This document shows, piece after piece, positions 15,514 to 19,391 of a stretch of 19,391 bases of DNA. Source of the DNA: an uncultured Chloroherpeton sp. (GTDB lineage: Bacteria > Bacteroidota > Ignavibacteria > Kapaibacteriales > UBA2268); the NCBI GenBank assembly GCA_964405755.1, contig CAYOPF010000001.1:44311-63701 (forward strand), written 5' to 3'. The position numbers and the translations under genes are program-made. A model generated the notes under the pieces. The model worked only from the letters and a program-made list of their open reading frames with translations. It did no database searches and had not been told where the DNA came from. Numbering within the stretch: the first letter of the stretch is position 1; each line of letters opens with the position of its first letter.

Positions 15514-18500
15514 ATGGCTGAAAAAAAATTTTTGACAATCGACGGTAACGAAGCTGCAGCTTATGTGGCCTACCGCTGTAGCGAAGTAATTGCAATTTAT
15601 CCAATTACACCATCATCGAATATGGGTGAATATTCCGACGAATGGGCTTCGAAAGGTATTAAAAACTTATGGGGAAACATCCCAACAGTATATGAAATGC
15701 AAAGTGAAGGCGGTGCTGCTGGTGCAGTTCACGGGTCACTTCAGGCTGGTGCCTTAACCACAACATTTACAGCATCCCAAGGTTTATTGCTGAAAATTCC
15801 TAATATGTATAAAATTGCAGGTGAATTAACTCCTACAGTTTTCAATATTTCTGCTCGTACAGTTGCTAATCATGCTTTATCAATATTTGGCGACCACAGC
15901 GATATTAACGCTGCACGTCAAACTGGCTTTGCAATGCTAGCTTCTGCCAATCCTCAGGAAGTAATGGATTTGGAAACAGTTGCGTGGTCATCTACACTTC
16001 GCTCCCATATTCCATTCCTTCATTTCTTCGATGGTTTTAGGACTTCCCACGAAATCCAAAAAATCGAAGTTGTAGCCGATAGTGTTATAAAAGAAATGGT
16101 AACGGATGAATTGGTTGCCGAACACCGTAAAAGATCAATGAACCCAGAATCCCCTGTTCTACGCGGAACTGCACAGAACCCCGACGTATTTTTCCAAAAT
16201 CGCGAAGCAATGAATCTATTCTATAATGCATGCGCAGGTATAGTTCAGGAAGAAATGAATAAATTTGGTGAATTAACTGGCCGTCAATATCATCTGTTCG
16301 ATTATATCGGTGCTCCCGATGCCGAACATGTGGCAATTATTATGGCTTCAGGTGCTGATGTTTTTCATTCAACAGTTGATTACTTAACCGAAAAATATGG
16401 CGAGAAAGTTGGTGTTCTAATCGTTCGTTTGTATCGTCCGTTTAGCATTGAACATTTTATCCAAGCATTGCCCAAAACAACAAAGAAAATTGCCGTTTTG
16501 GACAGAACCAAAGAGCCCGGCGGAAGCGGAGAACCTTTATATTTAGATGTAGTCGACGCTATTTTCCGCACCCATCAAAACGGAACTTCCCCATTCGACC
16601 AAATGCCTAAGATTTATGGTGGTCGTTATGGTTTATCTTCCAAAGAATTTACTCCAACAATGGCAAAAGCAGTTTTAGATAATTTGAAACTCGATAATCC
16701 AAAAGACAATTTTGTTGTTGGTATTAATGACGATGTTACATTCACAAGTTTGGATTTCGATCCACACTTTAGTATCGAATCCGATAAAGTATTCCGTGGC
16801 TTATTCTGGGGACTTGGCTCCGATGGTACAGTGGGTGCCAACAAGAATTCAATAAAAATTATTGGTGAAAATACTGATAACTACTGCCAGGGATATTTTG
16901 AATACGACTCCAAAAAATCTGGTTCAATCACAGTTTCGCACTTAAGATTTGGACCTGAAATGATTCGTTCGCCATTCAAAGTTAGTAGTGCAAATTTTGT
17001 TGCTTGCCATCAAACAGTTTTCTTAGAAAAATACGATGTTCTAAAGACTATCAACGAAGGTGGTATTTTCTTGTTAAATACTCCTTTGCCTGTAGAACAG
17101 GTGTGGGATAGCTTGCCAAAATCGCAACAACAAAAAATTATCGATAAAAAAGTAAAATTCTATGCAATTGATGCTCAAACTGTAGCAGAAAATAGTGGTA
17201 TGGGTCGTAGAATCAATACTATTATGCAAACCTGCTTCTTTGCAATTTCGGGAGTATTACCCAAAGAACAAGCAATTCAGGAAATTAAAAATACAATCAT
17301 CAAAACTTATGGAAAGAAAGGCGACCAAATTGTTAAAATGAATTTGGATGCTGTTGATAACACATTAGCCAATCTTCACGAAATCGCAATACCAAGTGCA
17401 GCAAGTGCTACATGGGATACATTGCCACCAATGACTGCAGATGCTCCAGAATGGGTTGCAAAAGTAGAAGGTGCTATCCTAGGCGGAACAGGCGACGATT
17501 TGCCAGTTTCTGTATTTCCAGTAGATGGCACATGGCCAACTGGAACAGCAAAATATGAAAAAAGAAATATTGCCTTGCAAATTCCAGTTTGGGACGAAGC
17601 ATTGTGTATTCAATGTAACAAATGCGCTTTGGTATGTCCTCATGCAACGATTAGAATTAAATCGTACGATCCAAAATATTTGGAAAATGCACCTGCTACT
17701 TTCAAACACACTGCAACAAGAGAAAAAGATTATGCTGGCGAAGAATATACTATTCAAGTAGCTGCCGAAGATTGTACAGGTTGCGGTGTATGCGTTGAAG
17801 TTTGTCCGGCTGTTGATAAAAAGAATCCTTCGCATAAAGCATTGGATATGCACGACCAAATGCCATTGCGAGCTCAGGAAAGAGAAAATTGGGACTTCTT
17901 TCTCTCAATTCCAGATAAGGACCGAAACACAATTAATGTTACCAATTTAAGACAACAACAATTGCAATTGCCATTGTTCGAGTTCTCGGGTGCTTGCTCT
18001 GGTTGTGGCGAAACTCCTTATGTTAAGTTAGTATCACAATTATTTGGCGACAGAGCTTTAGTTGCCAATGCCACAGGTTGCTCTTCGATATATGGTGGGA
18101 ACTTGCCAACTACTCCATGGACAAAAAATGCAGACGGTCGTGGACCATCTTGGAACAATTCCTTGTTCGAGGATAATGCAGAATTTGGTTTAGGAATGCG
18201 TTTGGCTGTGGATAAGCAATTCGAAATTGCAGCTAATTTATTGCCTTTATTCAGCAATGAATTGGGTAATGATTTAATCAACGAAATAATCAATGCAAAA
18301 CAAAAAACCGAAAACGAAATTAATGCTCAACGCGACAGAGTAAAAATAGTTAAGGAAAAGATTCAGAATATAAATACTCCAGAAGCAAAGAGACTACTCA
18401 CTACTGCTGACTATTTGGTTAAAAAATCAATTTGGATAATTGGTGGTGATGGCTGGGCTTATGATATTGGTTATGGTGGTTTGGATCACGTCCTGGCTTC

Positions 18501-19074
18501 GGGTAAGAACGTTAATATTTTGGTTTTGGATACAGAAGTGTATTCCAATACTGGTGGACAGATGTCCAAAGCATCTCCAATTGGATCTATTGCTAAATTT
18601 GCTGCTGGTGGCAAACCAACAAACAAAAAAGACTTAGGTTTAATGGCAATGAACTATGGAAATGTTTATGTTGCATCGGTTGCATTTGGTTCCAACGACG
18701 TCCACACATTGAGAGCATTTGTCGAGGCAGAAGCTTATGATGGACCTTCAATCATTATTGCGTACAGCCACTGTATCGCTCACGGTATCGATATGTCGGC
18801 ACCACTTAAAAACCAAAAAGCTATAGTTGATTCCGGTCAATGGCTACTGTATCGTTACAATCCAGAATCTGCTTTGGAACACAAAAATCCATTTACTTTG
18901 GATAGTAAACAACCAAAAATTCCAGTTGCACAATATATGGATATGGAAATTCGCTACAAAATGCTCAGCAAAATCAACCCTGTTGCATACAAGGAATTAT
19001 ATGAACAAGCACAAAAGTTCGTCGACGAACGATATAAATACTATTCATTCCTTGCAACCAGAACTATTGAATAA
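15514..19074 (+). CDS. nifJ: Pyruvate:ferredoxin (flavodoxin) oxidoreductase, monomeric NifJ/YdbK type.
   Basis: 1186 aa. The N-terminus 'MAEKKFLTIDGNEAAAYVAYRCSEVIAIYPITPSS' is typical. Two 4Fe-4S ferredoxin motifs, 'CIQCNKCALVCP' and 'CTGCGVCVEVCP', are present, as is the TPP-binding 'GGDGWAYDIGYGGLDH'. Confidence 0.95.
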   Translation: MAEKKFLTIDGNEAAAYVAYRCSEVIAIYPITPSSNMGEYSDEWASKGIKNLWGNIPTVYEMQSEGGAAGAVHGSLQAGALTTTFTASQGLLLKIPNMYKIAGELTPTVFNISARTVANHALSIFGDHSDINAARQTGFAMLASANPQEVMDLETVAWSSTLRSHIPFLHFFDGFRTSHEIQKIEVVADSVIKEMVTDELVAEHRKRSMNPESPVLRGTAQNPDVFFQNREAMNLFYNACAGIVQEEMNKFGELTGRQYHLFDYIGAPDAEHVAIIMASGADVFHSTVDYLTEKYGEKVGVLIVRLYRPFSIEHFIQALPKTTKKIAVLDRTKEPGGSGEPLYLDVVDAIFRTHQNGTSPFDQMPKIYGGRYGLSSKEFTPTMAKAVLDNLKLDNPKDNFVVGINDDVTFTSLDFDPHFSIESDKVFRGLFWGLGSDGTVGANKNSIKIIGENTDNYCQGYFEYDSKKSGSITVSHLRFGPEMIRSPFKVSSANFVACHQTVFLEKYDVLKTINEGGIFLLNTPLPVEQVWDSLPKSQQQKIIDKKVKFYAIDAQTVAENSGMGRRINTIMQTCFFAISGVLPKEQAIQEIKNTIIKTYGKKGDQIVKMNLDAVDNTLANLHEIAIPSAASATWDTLPPMTADAPEWVAKVEGAILGGTGDDLPVSVFPVDGTWPTGTAKYEKRNIALQIPVWDEALCIQCNKCALVCPHATIRIKSYDPKYLENAPATFKHTATREKDYAGEEYTIQVAAEDCTGCGVCVEVCPAVDKKNPSHKALDMHDQMPLRAQERENWDFFLSIPDKDRNTINVTNLRQQQLQLPLFEFSGACSGCGETPYVKLVSQLFGDRALVANATGCSSIYGGNLPTTPWTKNADGRGPSWNNSLFEDNAEFGLGMRLAVDKQFEIAANLLPLFSNELGNDLINEIINAKQKTENEINAQRDRVKIVKEKIQNINTPEAKRLLTTADYLVKKSIWIIGGDGWAYDIGYGGLDHVLASGKNVNILVLDTEVYSNTGGQMSKASPIGSIAKFAAGGKPTNKKDLGLMAMNYGNVYVASVAFGSNDVHTLRAFVEAEAYDGPSIIIAYSHCIAHGIDMSAPLKNQKAIVDSGQWLLYRYNPESALEHKNPFTLDSKQPKIPVAQYMDMEIRYKMLSKINPVAYKELYEQAQKFVDERYKYYSFLATRTIE

Positions 19075-19093
19075 TTAGACAGGAGAAAAATAT

Positions 19094-19391
19094 ATGAATT
19101 TAGAAACAAAATATTTAGGACTAAAACTTCGCACTCCATTCGTACTTTCGGCATCGCCCATCAGTACTGAAATCGAAAGTTTAAAAAGATTAGATGGCAA
19201 TGGTATTGGTGCAGTTGTGCTCCATTCTTTGTTCGAAGAACAATTAATCGACGAACAATTTGAATTGGAATATCACCTTACCCATGGTGCCGAAAGCTTT
19301 GCCGAAGCAACATCATATTTTCCTAATTATGATGAATTCCGCTTGGGACCTCACGAATATTTAGACCATATCCGCAAGGTAAAAAGTGCTA
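19094..19391 (+). CDS. Dihydroorotate dehydrogenase family (DHOD/dihydropyrimidine dehydrogenase-like TIM barrel) protein, N-terminal 99 aa only.
   Basis: AGGAGA RBS at 19081-19086. 'MNLETKYLGLKLRTPFVLSASPIS...GIGAVVLHSLFEE' follows the DHOD N-terminal pattern (L.v.l.Gl.l.nP...ASG). The gene runs off the window end. Confidence 0.55.
   Translation, partial: MNLETKYLGLKLRTPFVLSASPISTEIESLKRLDGNGIGAVVLHSLFEEQLIDEQFELEYHLTHGAESFAEATSYFPNYDEFRLGPHEYLDHIRKVKSA

Noticed and set aside
16085-18293. Several 60-126-aa minus-strand ORFs inside the PFOR gene, and the similar small ORFs 2622..2831, 3360..3886, 4330..4512, 4730..5251, 8694..8891, 10896..11162, 11667..11918, 13035..13262, 14897..15118 and 18440..19078.
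   Set aside because: All overlap well-supported larger genes in other frames or on the other strand. I treat them as spurious.
1-19391. Search for CRISPR repeats, IS/transposase genes, integrases, tRNA or rRNA genes, toxin-antitoxin pairs or restriction-modification genes.
   Set aside because: I found no direct-repeat arrays and no terminal inverted repeats flanking any gene. No product shows transposase, integrase or nuclease motifs. No GC-rich tRNA-like islands appear in the AT-rich intergenic regions.

Overview
This is a low-GC (roughly one-third G+C) bacterial chromosomal window with about 18 protein genes on both strands. I found no rRNA, tRNA, CRISPR array, IS element or integrase. The content looks like core genome plus three secreted-protein loci.

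Gene order across the window:
- 1..222: the 3' end of a SpoU/TrmH-type RNA 2'-O-methyltransferase.
- 223..759 (-): a lipoprotein with a thioredoxin fold.
- 868..3061: a BNR-repeat / fibronectin type III (FN3)-like secreted protein ending in a type IX secretion (T9SS) C-terminal sorting domain. It is split into two ORFs by a frameshift in an A7 tract.
- 3062..3901 (-): an Omp28-like thioredoxin-fold lipoprotein.
- 3984..4706: a K/T/P-rich lipoprotein with a TPR-like C-terminus.
- 4745..5425 (-): a UPF0173 metallo-hydrolase.
- 5735..8246: a flagellar block fliL-fliM-fliN-fliO behind a near-consensus sigma28 (FliA) promoter.
- 8304..12104: a tightly overlapping trio of an Omp85/BamA-family outer-membrane protein, thiamine diphosphokinase and CdsA.
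- 12144..12707: an orphan secreted protein.
- 12803..12829: a strong hairpin terminator.
- 12853..15231 (-): a 792-aa T9SS cargo with a choice-of-anchor-I-like beta-propeller domain.
- 15514..19074: a monomeric pyruvate:ferredoxin oxidoreductase.
- 19094..19391: the start of a dihydroorotate-dehydrogenase-family gene.

Flagellar genes, T9SS sorting tails and TAnnTTTG-type -7 promoter boxes occur together here. That combination suggests an Ignavibacteria-like member of the FCB (Fibrobacteres-Chlorobi-Bacteroidetes) group. I could not identify a clear, self-contained novel system such as a defence island. The points most worth a second look are the frameshifted T9SS cargo gene, the non-canonical thioredoxin-fold lipoproteins, the truncated flagellar operon and its promoter/operator region, and the uncharacterised secreted proteins.
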